In this document: piece by piece, positions 51,261 through 64,000 of the stretch
Layout of the letters: each line of letters begins with the position of its first letter
How positions within the stretch are numbered: the first letter of the stretch is position 1
Assembly (NCBI RefSeq): GCF_006345805.1
Contig: NC_043005.1
Coordinates: 71,548,001 to 71,612,000, forward strand
DNA length: 64,000 nucleotides
Origin: Octopus sinensis
Lineage: Eukaryota
Direction of reading: 5' to 3'
Program-made: the position numbers and the translations under genes
The notes under the pieces: model-generated
Database searches by the model: none
The model's input: the letters and a program-made list of their open reading frames with translations, nothing else
Told to the model about the DNA's origin: nothing

Positions 51261-52414
51261 AAACTTTCAGCCAGTATTGACTTTTTTTGTTATATTAGCT
51301 TAGTATATTATCTGAACAAAACACTGTTTAAAGAAAACATTGTAAGTACATATTTATTGTTCAATCCTAGCTTACACATCATTAAAGAGAAACACAAGCA
51401 CATACAACTACCTAGCACATATACACACACACATACATGCACCCACACACACGTTTAGCATACACATTGTCAACATACACATAGATAGCGTAGAGGGTTA
51501 AAATATCTGCTCAAATCAGATTATTCACTTATACACACATTATAGATATACAGATGAGTACATACACACAATTGCACAAACATATGTGTATATACACACA
51601 TGCACAAGGACACACACACGCCCACATATAGACACAAGCACACGCTCTCACATAAAGACTTATATCTACATGCTTGCACATACACTTGATTCTGGGTGTT
51701 TGTTTGTCTCTTGGTGTATAAGAAATGTAATAACAGGTGTCTAACTCCTCTGAGACAAACAATTTCGCTAGTACTTAATTTGATTGTGTACCAATGTTTG
51801 AAGAAGCCACTCCCATCTTTCTATATAAATCTGTCTTACAAAGAAATTCGTATTTTTAGCTTCTTTCTTGACTAAGTGCAAACAAAATAAAGAAAAAGAT
51901 TGCAGAATAATTTTACCGTTATTTTTTTTATCACAAAGAATTCTTATTTATCAAAACTACTGATATTTTTGTTTAGGTAAGATGATTTAGAAAAAATGAG
52001 ATATCAGATTCTTTTCTTTGCTTCTAATCTTAAAACTTTGTCAAAATATTAAAATAACTTTTCGCTATTCTAGTTGTAGCTTAATCTTCAGATATGTCCA
52101 GATCACACTGATCTGTGATTGAAGGTATTCCAGCTATGACCATCATGCTTTGTTTTTGTTTTTTTTGCTGTCTTTTTAATAAGCATAGAAATACCTGTTT
52201 GGTTTAAAAACTCACTTTGCAACTATATGGTTTCAGGTTCAGTCCCATTGTGTGACACCTTGGACACATGTCTTCTACTACAGCTCTAGGCTCATCAAAG
52301 CTTTATAAGGCTTTAGAATTGGTTTTAAATAGGTTACTAATATTTTGGTAAGGCAGGTTTAGTCTGTGTGTTGTTCATCATCATCACCATTGTCATCCTC
52401 CTCCTCCTCCTTCT

Positions 52415-52750
52415 CATTATCATCATCATCATCATCCCTTAACGTCTGTTTTCCATGCTGGCATGGGTTGGACAGTTTGACCAGAGCTGGTAAGTTGGAG
52501 AGCTGCACCAGGCTCCAGTCTGATTTGACTTGGTTTCCATGACTGGATGCCCTTCCTAATACCAACCACTTTACAGCATGTGCTGGGTGCTTTTTATGTG
52601 GCACTGGCACTGGGACTCTTGCAGTTCAATCCTCTTCACTAGAAGTGGCCTTAACACTTCTGCTGTGGAGGAACAGGTCTTCTTAAATACTACAAGGAGC
52701 CAAGTATTTTGGTCCTTCACCATCTATGTTAAAACCAAGTCAATTTGAAG
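52415..52750 (-). mobile_element. RTE-type LINE 3' end (degraded ORF end and 3' UTR, (GAT)n tail)
   Basis: Minus strand has GGTTGGTATTAGGAAGGGCATCCAG...CCAACCCATGCCAGCATGGAAAACAGACGTTAA followed by (GAT)n. The same module recurs many times in the window. Confidence 0.6.
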
Positions 52751-53933
52751 CTTTTAAGGAAAACATTTATTTACGCATAAACATACCAATGATCAATAGT
52801 TACTTGCTTTAGACTATATTACTTGTTACTAGTAGTGAATAATGTATATAACTTGGCTAAGAATTAGATAGTTATATCTTCATGTGGAGTGGGAAGTGAG
52901 AATGAAGAATGTCCTCTGTCAGTGCTTGGAAAAATGCATTGTAGACAGAGTGACACATGTTAACCTGAGGTTGAGCATTTGTCTCGGAATCCCATTCTAT
53001 AGAATTTCCCAGCGTCTGCTCTGATGGTCCCATGTGTCTATATAAACAATACTTTAACAAGAAATTCATTTAATATTCATTGATTGTAGAATTGAGGCTG
53101 AAATACTATTGGTGTTAGATTTATATACATTCACCATTTCTGTATTATATCTGTGGCCGAGACATAATAGCGCCGAAACAGCCCAGTTCACTTAGCTTTA
53201 AATAGGTATTGTATGATACGGACACAACACTGCTATAATCAGTACTGAAAAATTGACAAACATTTCATTAACTTATAATAACAAGGTCGTCTTTCCCCAT
53301 GAGTATTGTTAGTTGAGAGAAGAGCCTTAGTCAATAAGCTTACTTGCTCTATATACACCTCTATGGAGAAATATAGTCAGGTGAAGACTAGGCCTTAATC
53401 AATAAGTTGAATACTCCAGATACATTGCTTGAAAAGCCATAATTAGATAAAAGATGAACCTCATCTAATTAAATCTCATGTAGCTCATTTGCTCTAGATA
53501 TACTACAAGGAGAGACAAAAATTAAGGTGAAACACAATTCAACCAATAAGTTCATTTGCTGTAGATACATTCCGTAGAGAGAGAGGGGGAGAGACAATGT
53601 TTTAACTGCTATCCTATCATCATATGGAACTCCTAACCAAAGCATAGAAAATCATAATGCTTCAAGTGGAACCCTTCCTGAGAGAATGCGTAAACCAATT
53701 TATTCCAAAAGTGGCATAAATTGATTTTCTCATGGAAAACCAATTTATTCCACTTTTGAGCAGTTTGTTGCCACTAATTGCTGATTGTGTGGACCACCAT
53801 TGGTTTCTCCCAGGTCTTGCTGTTTTATTTATTGAAAATCATAATTGTAATTAGGGATTTCCCATTATTTTTTTTTTAATTCTTGTATGGTAAATAAAAC
53901 GTGTGAAGAACAGTACTGATGAACTTTTTGCAG

Positions 53934-53951
53934 AGTCTTCTGAAACAGCTG
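53934..53951 (+). other. Candidate 18-nt microexon
   Basis: CTTTTTGCAG|AGTCTTCTGAAACAGCTG|GTAAGA. The length is a multiple of 3 and phases 0 and 1 are open. Confidence 0.25.
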
Positions 53952-54139
53952 GTAAGAAAGAGACAAAGAAACTACAACTCTTGGATGACTACTGTAGGAT
54001 GCAATAACTCATGACATTATATTTTGCCGTTGATCTAAAGTTATGATAGGAAACAAATGAATTTGAATCTGCGTGGTGGTTTCGAACCTGGAACCTTGTA
54101 ATTATGAAATGGACCAGAACTACATACTACTTTTATTAT

Positions 54140-54537
54140 TTTATTATTTTACTTGTTTCTGTCATTGAAATGCAGCCATGTTAGAGCCCTATTAGGACCC
54201 TGTTATGAAGGGTTTAGTTGAACAAATCAACCACAATACTTACATTTTTTTTTTTAAAGTCTGGTACTTACTCTATAAATCTCTTTTGCCAAGCCACTAA
54301 GTTACATGGACATAAACAAACCAACATTGGCTGTCAAGCAATGGTGGGGTGACAAACATTAACACTCATAATGTACAACTGACTTTCTCACATTTTACCA
54401 TCTACCAAATTAACATACAACCAATAACTTGGTTTGCGGTTATAGAAGAATACACTTGCACAAGGTGCCACACGATGGGACTGAAACTGAAACCATATGG
54501 TTGAAAGCGAGCTTCTTAACCACACAGCCATGCCTGC
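54140..54537 (-). mobile_element. SINE family A, diverged
   Basis: Colinear with family A, with many substitutions. Confidence 0.7.
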
Positions 54538-54966
54538 CAAGTATATTTTAGTTACACATCGATTGGTTTCTCATTTGCGTGTTGGTATTTACCCATACTG
54601 AATTGTAATAAAAGAACAGTGTCTGTATCGCTGTCTTAAGTCTAATTCAATATGTCTTAAAGCATCTGTCTCTCTCTTTCTCTCTGTCTCTTCCTTTCTG
54701 TCTCTACATACACACACGGACAGACCCATCATAGATACAGACTATACATCACTTTCTCACACAAACATTCAATCACCAGCCAACACACACACACACACAC
54801 ACGTATCATACCTACATGATATACACACACATACATACATACATATATCTAGATACATAGATATTGCATCCAATTTAAACGAAACACAGAACACTCATAC
54901 ATATTGTGTATACACACAGGCCTACACACATACATACACACGCACACACACATTTATGTATACATC

Positions 54967-54998
<32 letters not shown>

Positions 54999-55269
54999 AA
55001 CACACATATACATATACCATACAGGTAATAAGTAAAACAAACACAACACAAACATAACATAATTACACACACGACACACAATGCACTTACACACTCACAC
55101 ATTTATCACAAATACACTTTGCACAGAGACATACTTCTTGCACACACACACACATGCACACACACTCACACACACACTCTCTCACACACACACACACACG
55201 CACACACACACACATATGTTGTTTGTTAACAATAGAATGCTGTTGTCACACCACATTCAACAATGGTGT

Positions 55270-55485
55270 GGCAACGAGCCAGTGCCTTTATGAGTTCGTC
55301 CAATCTGCTAGAAATAGCAGTCAAATTACCTCAAATCACACCAAATTTAGAAAAGGGACATGTTATATTATGTGGTTCCGGATTTTCTACATATAAGCAA
55401 AAGGTGAGTTGGTCACAGCTGGAATGGATTTGATCATAGGTCTACTCAGTCAGAGCTGACCTGGGTTAAACAACTACATCAGCAA
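55270..55485 (+). mobile_element. Unclassified SINE-like module (CTGCTAGAAATAGCAG...CTCAAATCACACC...GATCATAGGTCT...GACCTGGG..AAACAAC)
   Basis: Recurs at about 9200-9330, 11725-11900, 14490-14770, 41355-41450, 43735-43920(-) and 57075-57290(-). Confidence 0.55.
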
Positions 55486-55863
55486 CAGAACACATTTTGC
55501 ACACACTTATATACACATAACTGACTTATACACAAACACAAATCACTCATCAACACATACATATTATATACACCCATGGACACAGATATCGCATATACAT
55601 ATATATAAATACAGAACATAAGCTCTATTGCTTATATGTACATAAATAAACATGAACACGGCATAACAATATACATACGCACACCATTTACATGCATACA
55701 TTCGTACACACACATACACAAATATGCATTTACACTAAAATATAAACAGACAGACAAACACCGAGTCACAGATACACATATACACACAGTCACACATGGA
55801 CTCAGTCACACACATAAGTAAGCGCACATTTATGCAAAATACATAAATATGATGATGATGATA

Positions 55864-55900
<37 letters not shown>

Positions 55901-57476
55901 CGATGATTCACACAGACACTGCTATAGATCTACACACATGCAATAAATAAATGCACATGCATATGCATGCACACTTACAAATACTCACATGCAGGCATTG
56001 CATAACTAAAAGACGTCTCTTGCACACATGCAATAAACACATGTACAATCACAAACACACACACACACACACACATGCATACACATGATAAGCACACGTG
56101 CAGATGTAGTCACATGTGTGCACAGTCAAAACTAGAAACATGTATGCACTCGCACACACACACACAGACACACAGGCATTGCATAACTGAAAGACATTCA
56201 TAACACATACATATTTACACACACACATACACACTCACTCACACACACATGCACACACACACACACACACATACAGACATAGACACATCAACACACGTAC
56301 ACACTCTCAAGCACACACTCATGCATGCATACATGAAGCAATGCATAACATAAAGACATCCACAACACATGTTATACACACACACACACATACAAACACA
56401 CACACACACACAAGCTTACTCACACACACATACAGACATAGACACACCAACACATGTACACACTCAAACACACACTCACGCATGCATACATGAAGCAATG
56501 TATAACATAAAGACATCCACAACACACATACACACACACACTCACACACACACGCACACACTTATTCGAACTAACATAGAGAGAAACAAGAGTATTTATT
56601 AAGGCAGAGGAAGAGAAAAAAAAAATGGTCGTTTTTCAACAATACAACTTAAGAAGCATCTTAGACCATAGAATCTTGTCTAAAGAATCTGATTGTTGGC
56701 CAGCATGAATACCATTGTTTGCTTAGATGGAGAATGACGACCTCTTGGTATTGTTCCACTCCTGAAGTAGTAACTGAGTGTCTGCAAATAGACAGTGCAG
56801 AAATGGAAATCATGACTAGAAGGTTATTATAGTTGTGTGTACTATACAACAAATCCATTGAACTTTTCATTGGGAGAAGAAAAATAAAAACAAAATGATA
56901 GAAAGAAACAGTTAAGTTGTCTCTTAAATAAAGACGTATCTTATCCACCTAGGGAAGCGAGAAGGGTTCTTTTGCAATTCTAGCAGTTGTTGTTGCTGGT
57001 GATATTTAGATGTTGTTTTGTTGCAGTAATTGTTCTTGCTGCTGCTGTTGTTGTTGTTGTGGTTGTTGTCATTGTTCTAGCCCCAGGTTAGCCCTTTTAT
57101 GGAGAAGACATATAATAAAAATGCAGCCCAGTATATGACTGAATCATCCCTTGGTGATTCCTTTGTTTCTACTACAGGTGTTGTTGTGATTATTCTTGTG
57201 GTTGTGGAGCCCCCACCACCCCAGGTCAGCTCCGATTGAACAGCCCTACCGTGGACAATCACGATTCCATTATCTGATATTTCCATTGTATAATAATTTT
57301 TTTTTTATTTCTTATTTATTCATTTATTTAGTTTAGTAAAAGGCAGAGAATTGCTATTTTAATCAAATCTGGTCTTTTGCTTTCATGAAAGAACAAAAAC
57401 ACCAGAGCCAAGGGACAGACTTCCGTGCAGTCTCTATGCAATTCCAAGAAACGGAAGCCACTTATAAAAGGTGGTG

Positions 57477-57521
<45 letters not shown>

Positions 57522-57524
<3 letters not shown>

Positions 57525-57913
57525 TAGCAGTATCGCCCGGCGTTGCTCGGGTTTGTTTCGACCCTTTAGAATTGGAATTTTTGAAAAGTAAAAATTTTGC
57601 ATTATGTAGCTTGATATTTTTTAAGTGAACATTTTTCTGGTTGAAATACACCTACAAATGGCGACACAGCAATCAAAAAACCGTAAAAAATAGGGGTTTT
57701 CATAGAAAAAAAATGCACCTTTTTGATGTAAATAATTTTTGGTGTTAACATGGTCCGATTTGAATTTTTTCTTCTATGGAAGAAGGAGCAAGCCTTCTTC
57801 TATCATACTCTTAATTTTGGTCAATGTGCACTGCAGGGTCTCGGAGGAGATAGTGTTAGTTGAAGGCTACCAAACCTGCCATACACAGACAACTTCAGTT
57901 TTATATATAGAGA
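57522..57913 (+). mobile_element. Non-autonomous Helitron/Helentron-like element
   Basis: Starts TACTAG with a subterminal GC hairpin CCCG-GC-GTT-GC-T-CGGG and ends TTTTATATATAGAGAT. It sits in (TA)n. The superfamily call is from terminal architecture only. Confidence 0.5.
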
Positions 57914-58103
57914 TATATATATATAAAAAAAATATTTCATAATGTATCCAAAACTTCATTCTCATATATCCTTAAAAGAAAACCAAAATCTGAGAAGCAA
58001 GAGATTTAGCTGTTCCTTTTGCTATCGTGCAGAAGTCCCTTCATATTACCCCATCAACCATCCCCATGAGATCTGTACCCAGAAAATAAGCGATCAAGAT
58101 AAA

Positions 58104-58333
58104 TTAACCCTTTAACATTCAAATTATTCTATCAAATGTAATGCTTATTTATTCATGTTGTTTTAAACTTATCCTGACATTATCTGGTAGCCTTGACAGT
58201 CTGATTATGTGACAGTATGATTTTTAGACTAACATTGTTGGGTAGATGTAAGAAGCTGGATCTAGCCAGTTTGAACATAAAACAAGAAGAATATTGTGGC
58301 TGGACATGGCTGGTTTAAATGCTAAAGGGTTAA
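58104..58333. mobile_element. piggyBac-like MITE (TTAA target site)
   Basis: TTAA-CCCTTTAACATT ... AATGCTAAAGGG-TTAA. Related copies at about 25180-25390 and 25617-25845. Confidence 0.7.
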
Positions 58334-58429
58334 TACATATCCTTTGATCCACTAATCAATGAAAGATACCATTTCTACTACCTTAACGTCTTACTAATTC
58401 TATTATTGTTACTGAGTGAGAGAGCAGTG

Positions 58430-58831
58430 CATACCATCAGAGTGACACAACTGCTTAACTTCCCAAGCTAACCTGTCATATCTTTCAACTTTTCTTTCTT
58501 CCTTGTTGTCAGCTGGGCATGCTATATCTATGATCCAGCATAATTTGTTTTCTTTCTCAATTAAGACTATGTTTGGTTTCCTATTCTCTATCTCATAGTC
58601 GCACTGAATCATAAAATCCCATGGGTTCGTTACCTTTCTATTTTCGAAAAGGCCTTCATTTTTGTGGTCATACCAATGTTTTGCTCTGTCGAGTCCATAC
58701 TTGTTGCAAAGTATCCAATGGACAAGCCTAGCTATATTGTTATGGCGTCTCTTATATTCTTTCTGGGCTATTGGCGTAGATTGGCTAGTAATATGCCATA
58801 CCGTTTCATCATTTTGTCCACAGATTCTGCA
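58430..58831 (-). mobile_element. R4/Dong-like LINE fragment: zinc knuckle plus REL endonuclease domain, single open frame
   Basis: One frame reads CRICGQNDETVWHITSQSTPIAQKEYKRRHNNIARLVHWILCNKYGLDRAKHWYDHKNEGLFENRKVTNPWDFMIQCDYEIENRKPNIVLIEKENKLCWIIDIACPADNKEERKVERYDRLAWEVKQL. The last CCHC Cys is Ser, and the PD-type motif reads KPN. Confidence 0.85.
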
Positions 58832-58840
58832 CTAATCACT

Positions 58841-59240
58841 TTATTATTATTATTATTCAGTAGTTTTATTTTTATAGTGTGCTTTCACTTCACTACCAAG
58901 TGCAGCTCTCTGTGTCTTGGGTATGTACTGTGGTTTGATGTGATGCTCTTATTTTTACTGTATTGAAAGTGTTTTGCATAGAAAGTGCCCAGTAGTGCAA
59001 TTTTCTGTATGTTATATATATTTGTAAGTCCTGGTGTTTTTGTTATGTATTTATCTGAATATTTTTTTTATCATACCTAATGCGCCTACTATGATAGGAA
59101 TTGTTTCTGTTTTTAGATTCCACATTTGAGTTACCTCTATTTCCAGGTCTTTGTATTTTGAAAGTTTCTCCATTTCTTTGAGAGAAACGTTGTCATCTGC
59201 TGGTATTGATACATCAATTAGAAAGCATTTTTATTCTTCA
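58841..59240 (-). mobile_element. Second R4/Dong-like subfamily 3' end between (TAA)n arrays
   Basis: KCFLIDVSIPADDNVSLKEMEKLSKYKDLEIEVTQMWNLKTETIPIIVGALGMIKK, a frameshift in an A-run, then YITKTPGLTNIYNIQKIALLG and a TAA tail. TAA/TAT repeats on both sides. Confidence 0.85.
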
Positions 59241-59242
59241 TG

Positions 59243-59278
<36 letters not shown>

Positions 59279-60457
59279 ATCATTATCATCATTATTATTA
59301 TTATTATCATTATTATTATTATTATTATTATTATATTATTATTATTATTATAGTATTATTATTATTATTATTATTATTAGCAATAGAAAAATTGGAAGTG
59401 AATTAGTAGAATCAGTAGAATGTCAACCAAAATTCCTTGCGGCATTTCACTATGCTATCTTAGGCTGGTGTCCCACCATAGTCAATTTTGCCAATTGTCT
59501 TTCTTGAATTGATAGATATGTTGCTGTCAATCACTGGTATTGATCTTATCATCAATACGTTTTCAAGAATGTTGAGATATCGGTCATAGCTTGAATTTAA
59601 AATTAATAGCAAAAGCTGATCTATTATCAATTATATATAATGTTCTATTGTTAACTAATTATTTATACTTCTATTCTATGCAGTGAATAAATAATAGTTG
59701 CACTATAAATACCTATAAGCATTTAGTTGGTAACTGTAGTAATACTATCAATAGCAACAGCTGTTCTATTGATAACAACAATATGCTATAATGATTTGTT
59801 ATTTCAGTACAGGATCAATCATTTAAGCAGGGAATATAGTCGAATATTCTAGGCCCAATTACTGAGAATGTTTTGAAAAACAGGGAAAAAAATAAAATTG
59901 AAATGATTAAGAATAACATTGATTTGGTCAGGACTTGAACTTGAAACTAAGAGGGAAGGAGAGGTAAGATAAAAGGCTGTTGTGCCTTTCACTCAGCACT
60001 CTAACATTCTTGATAACATACTACCTTAACAATAGCTATAAATATTGATTCTTTACCTAGGCACAAGCCTAATTCTAGAAGAGAAGAATACAGTCAATGA
60101 AATTGACCCTAACAGCAGTTAAAATATTGAAATGACTAATGAAGAGAAACAAAACCAGGTCACCAAACTCTTAATCAATGCTGACACCATCTGTAAACCT
60201 AAGATTGATTTCTTTTGACTAAACACAAAGCTTCTTTTTCTAAGGGTAGTAGAAATATTTGAATTTTTTTCGTTTGTTATGTCTTTGTTTCTTTTTTTGT
60301 TTTGCTTTCCCATTCACGTAAAATAATACTTATACTTAATTTATTTGGACTGGGAGGATAAATTTCAAGGATATTGATGATTGCAGACTGAAAACTTACA
60401 TTGCTAATGAAAAAACAAAATGGTTGATGATCATTGCTTTCACTTGATGTTAGACAT

Positions 60458-60671
60458 ACTCTTTTACTCTTTTACTTGTTTCAGTCATTTGACTGTGGCC
60501 ATGCTGGAGCACTGCCTTTAGTTGAGCAAATCGACCCCAGGACTTATTCTTTGTAAGTCTAGTACTTAGAATAAGTACTAGGTCTCTTTTGCTGAACTGC
60601 TAAGTTATGGGGGCATAAAACCACCAGCATCGGTTGTCAGGCGATGTTGGGGGACAAACACAGACACACAA

Positions 60672-60706
<35 letters not shown>

Positions 60707-60877
60707 CATATATACGACGGGCTTCTTTCAGTTTCCATCCACCAAATCTACTCACAAGGCTTTGTCGTCCTGAGGCTATAGTAGAAGACACTTGCTCAAG
60801 GTGCCATGCAGTGGGACTGAACCTGGAACCATGTGATTTGTAAGCAAGCTACTTATCACAAAGCCACTCCTATGCCT
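60458..60877 (-). mobile_element. SINE family A, full length
   Basis: Reverse-complement match to 42874-43324. Confidence 0.85.
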
Positions 60878-61161
60878 ATATACATTGTAAATTACAAGGA
60901 AATATTATTATGTATTTTTTATATGTGAATTGTCATACAGGTAGAGGATTAGTATGAAATATGCAGTGTGACATATATAGGTGTGGTGAATGTATGTGTG
61001 TGTGTGTGTGTATGTATGTGGTTGGTGTTAGGAAGGGTGTCCAGCTGTAGAAACTTTGCAGACCAGGTTGAAGCCTGGTGCAGCCGCTGGCTCTCCAGAC
61101 CTCTGTCAAGCCGTCCAAACCATGCCAGCATGGAAAAAGAACATTAATCGATGATGGTGAT

Positions 61162-61321
61162 GATGCTGGTGTGTTTACATCCCCGTAACTTAGCGGTTTG
61201 GCAAAAGAGAGCGATAGAATAAGTACTAGGCTTACAAAGAATAAGTCCTGCCATTGATTTGCTCGGCTAAAGGCGGTGCTCCAGCATGGCCACAGTCACA
61301 TGACTGAAACAAGTAAAAGAG
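61162..61321 (+). mobile_element. SINE family A, 3' half
   Basis: GATGCTGGTGTGTTTAC...GACTGAAACAAGTAAAAGAG. Confidence 0.8.
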
Positions 61322-61384
61322 TATATATATATATATTTATATTTATATCAATTGATAGATTGATATATATATATTTTTTTTTTT

Positions 61385-61773
61385 TTTTTTTACTTGTTTC
61401 AGTCATTTGACTGCGGCCATGCTGGAGCACCGCCTTTTAGTCGAGCAAATCGACCCCGGGACTTATTCTTTGTAAACCAGTACTTATTCTATCGGTCTCC
61501 TTTGCCGAACCGCTAAGTGACGGGGACGTAAACACACCAGCATCGGTTGTCAAGCAATGCTAGGGGACAAACACAGACACCAAACACACACACACACACA
61601 CATATACATATATATACATATATACGACAGGCTTCTTCAGTTTCCGTCTACCAAATCCACTCACAAGGCATTGGTCGGCCCGGGGCTATAGCAGAAGACA
61701 CTTGCCCAAGATGCCACGCAGTGGGACTGAACCCGGAACCATGTGGTTGGTTAGCAAGCTACTTACCACACAG
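61385..61773 (-). mobile_element. SINE family A, young-looking copy (CpGs retained)
   Basis: Reverse-complement match to family A. It retains many CG dinucleotides that other copies have lost. Confidence 0.85.
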
Positions 61774-61776
61774 ATT

Positions 61777-61822
<46 letters not shown>

Positions 61823-62339
61823 TATACTAAGAAAAAAATCTTTGTTCATGTTTATTTCATTATTGGAATCATTTGTTTTATAGCCAGACAACTAGACACC
61901 CTTCCTATCAGTGTTCACTGAATGCTTCAGTTGGAATTGAACTGGTTTTAATAACCATACAGATTGGAACATAGAATGCTATATCCCTTGATCAGGAATT
62001 AGCTACAGTGTGTGTTGTAAGGTTTTAAACACATGACCTTCGGATTATTAGTATTGCGGAATTTTCTCATAAAAATAAATCAAAACCAATACAGATGTAG
62101 ATTGATAAACAAGCTCCTGAACACACATACTATATATATATATATTCTCCTACACACACACACATGCATATATATATATAAATACATAAGCGTGTGTATA
62201 TTTGAGAACAATATTGACTGTTACACTGCTTATTTATAATGTAGCATCAAGCGAACATACTGATAGACATGCTTGGGTATATGTGTGGATTTTTGTGTAT
62301 ACACACACACATGCATATATATATATATATATATCTTTC

Positions 62340-62438
62340 TACCAATCTATCTATCTATTTATCTTTCTATCTATCTATCTATCTATTTATCTTTCTATCT
62401 ATCTATCTATCTATCCATCTAGCTATCTAGCTATCTAG

Positions 62439-62479
<41 letters not shown>

Positions 62480-62518
62480 CATCTATCTATCTATCTATCT
62501 ATCTGTTTATCTATCTGT

Positions 62519-62584
<66 letters not shown>

Positions 62585-62684
62585 CTCTCTTTCTCTCTCT
62601 CTCCCTCTCTCTCTCTCTATATATATATATATCAATATGTACTGTTGGATTAAGAAGTGCCAAGACCTAGAAAGACATGTGAAT

Positions 62685-62736
<52 letters not shown>

Positions 62737-62737
62737 T

Positions 62738-62768
<31 letters not shown>

Positions 62769-62770
62769 GA
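62340..62770. repeat. (TCTA)n, (TC)n and (TAG)n arrays
   Basis: Direct inspection. Other (TAGA)n/(TCTA)n arrays lie at 27590-27692 and 49026-49090. Confidence 0.95.
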
Positions 62771-63260
62771 GGAGGAGGAGGAGGGAAAGGAGCTGATCTC
62801 TGAGTGTGAGACTTCTTGAAAAAAGACAAGTGAGAACCACAGCAAATGGTGAGATGCTGTGCCGAAGAAGAGCCGCCCAACCGATGCTACAATGATGATG
62901 ATGATGAAGACAAGGGTAGCGGTGGTAGTGGAGGTGGAAGTGGTGGCAGTGCTGGTGGAAGTGGTGGTGGTGGTGGTGGTGGTGGTGGTAGTGGTGTTAG
63001 TAGCGTTGTATACACATATCTGCCATTGATCAATGCAAGTGCATGTATCTAAATGACCCATATTCGAATGTGTTTTCTTCTTCTTTCATTTTCCCAATGA
63101 CTTGATACAGAATTATTGATCTTTAAAAAGGCACATATAAGTATGCTACTTAATTATGTTCGATTTCCCTGTGGTCTGACTTTCAGATGTCAGGGAATGT
63201 GCACATACACATATAACATGTACATAAACACACACACACACATATGCATATATGTGTGCA

Positions 63261-63303
<43 letters not shown>

Positions 63304-63568
63304 TACACACACACACATGCATACATACATACATATATATATATATTTATATGTGTGTGTATGCATGCGTATACATGTTGAACATACTTGCACACATATA
63401 CATGAAAGAGTGGTAAGACAAGGGAAGCTGATGTATACATTTGTATAACATTAGAGATGACTAAACATTACACACACAAACTGAAACACATACACTCACA
63501 ACATACATATATATATGTATGCACATGTATATATATATATATATGCATGTCTGTATATATGTATGCAC

Positions 63569-63617
<49 letters not shown>

Positions 63618-63757
63618 TGTGTGTATATATATATATATATGTACACACATGTATGCATATATATGAATATATATATATATCAATGGGGTGCCATCCTATA
63701 TATAGTACTTTATTCAACACTCCTAACCTGCTCATTTTCCTGCAGTTCTGTTCTATT

Positions 63758-63804
<47 letters not shown>

Positions 63805-63945
63805 AATGTTTGTTTCTTACCTATTTATTTAGTAGTAAGACCCAACACCCATCAAGCTTTTCACCCTGCCAAAATATTTAAGCACATTTTCCCTTGAGCT
63901 TATATATATATGCTTGTATATATATATATGTGTGTGTGTGTGTGT

Positions 63946-63991
<46 letters not shown>

Positions 63992-64000
63992 TGTGTTTAT

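Noticed and set aside
53915-53960. CTGATGA...GAAACAGCTGGTA hammerhead-like motif
   Set aside because: Stem II closes 5 nt too early and the flanks cannot form stem I.
56661-56948. 95-aa minus-strand ORF starting at GTG
   Set aside because: No recognisable motif and no convincing splice pair, and the length is attainable by chance.
1-64000. CRISPR array, operon or prokaryotic defence system
   Set aside because: The sequence is eukaryotic and repeat-rich. There are no regularly spaced identical repeats with unique spacers and no gene-dense coding regions.

Overview
AT-rich eukaryotic, repeat-saturated DNA that looks intronic or intergenic. The repeat families and the very high microsatellite density point to a coleoid cephalopod, most likely Octopus (inference). 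I cannot support any intact protein-coding gene. Most ORFs in the supplied track are translations of (TA)n, (CA)n, (AAT)n and (CAT)n microsatellites. Recognisable coding remnants are all from retroelements: one CR1/L2-type 3' end, four R4/Dong-like (REL endonuclease) LINE fragments and RTE-type 3' ends. The window also holds many copies of three tRNA-derived SINE families, several MITEs (piggyBac-, hAT- and mariner-like), a Helitron-like element and a 200-bp foldback element. The most interesting signals are: (i) small elements embedded in (TA)n arrays that carry type I hammerhead-ribozyme folds, one very clean (36959-37013), one inside a 495-bp direct-repeat-bounded unit (30728-30797), and two degenerate; (ii) a cluster of TGACCTTT nuclear-receptor half-sites with a palindrome at about 14.0-14.3 kb; (iii) strong hairpin-forming sequences that could be ADAR substrates if transcribed; (iv) several low-confidence exon and microexon candidates on both strands. 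All structure and alignment work was done by eye.
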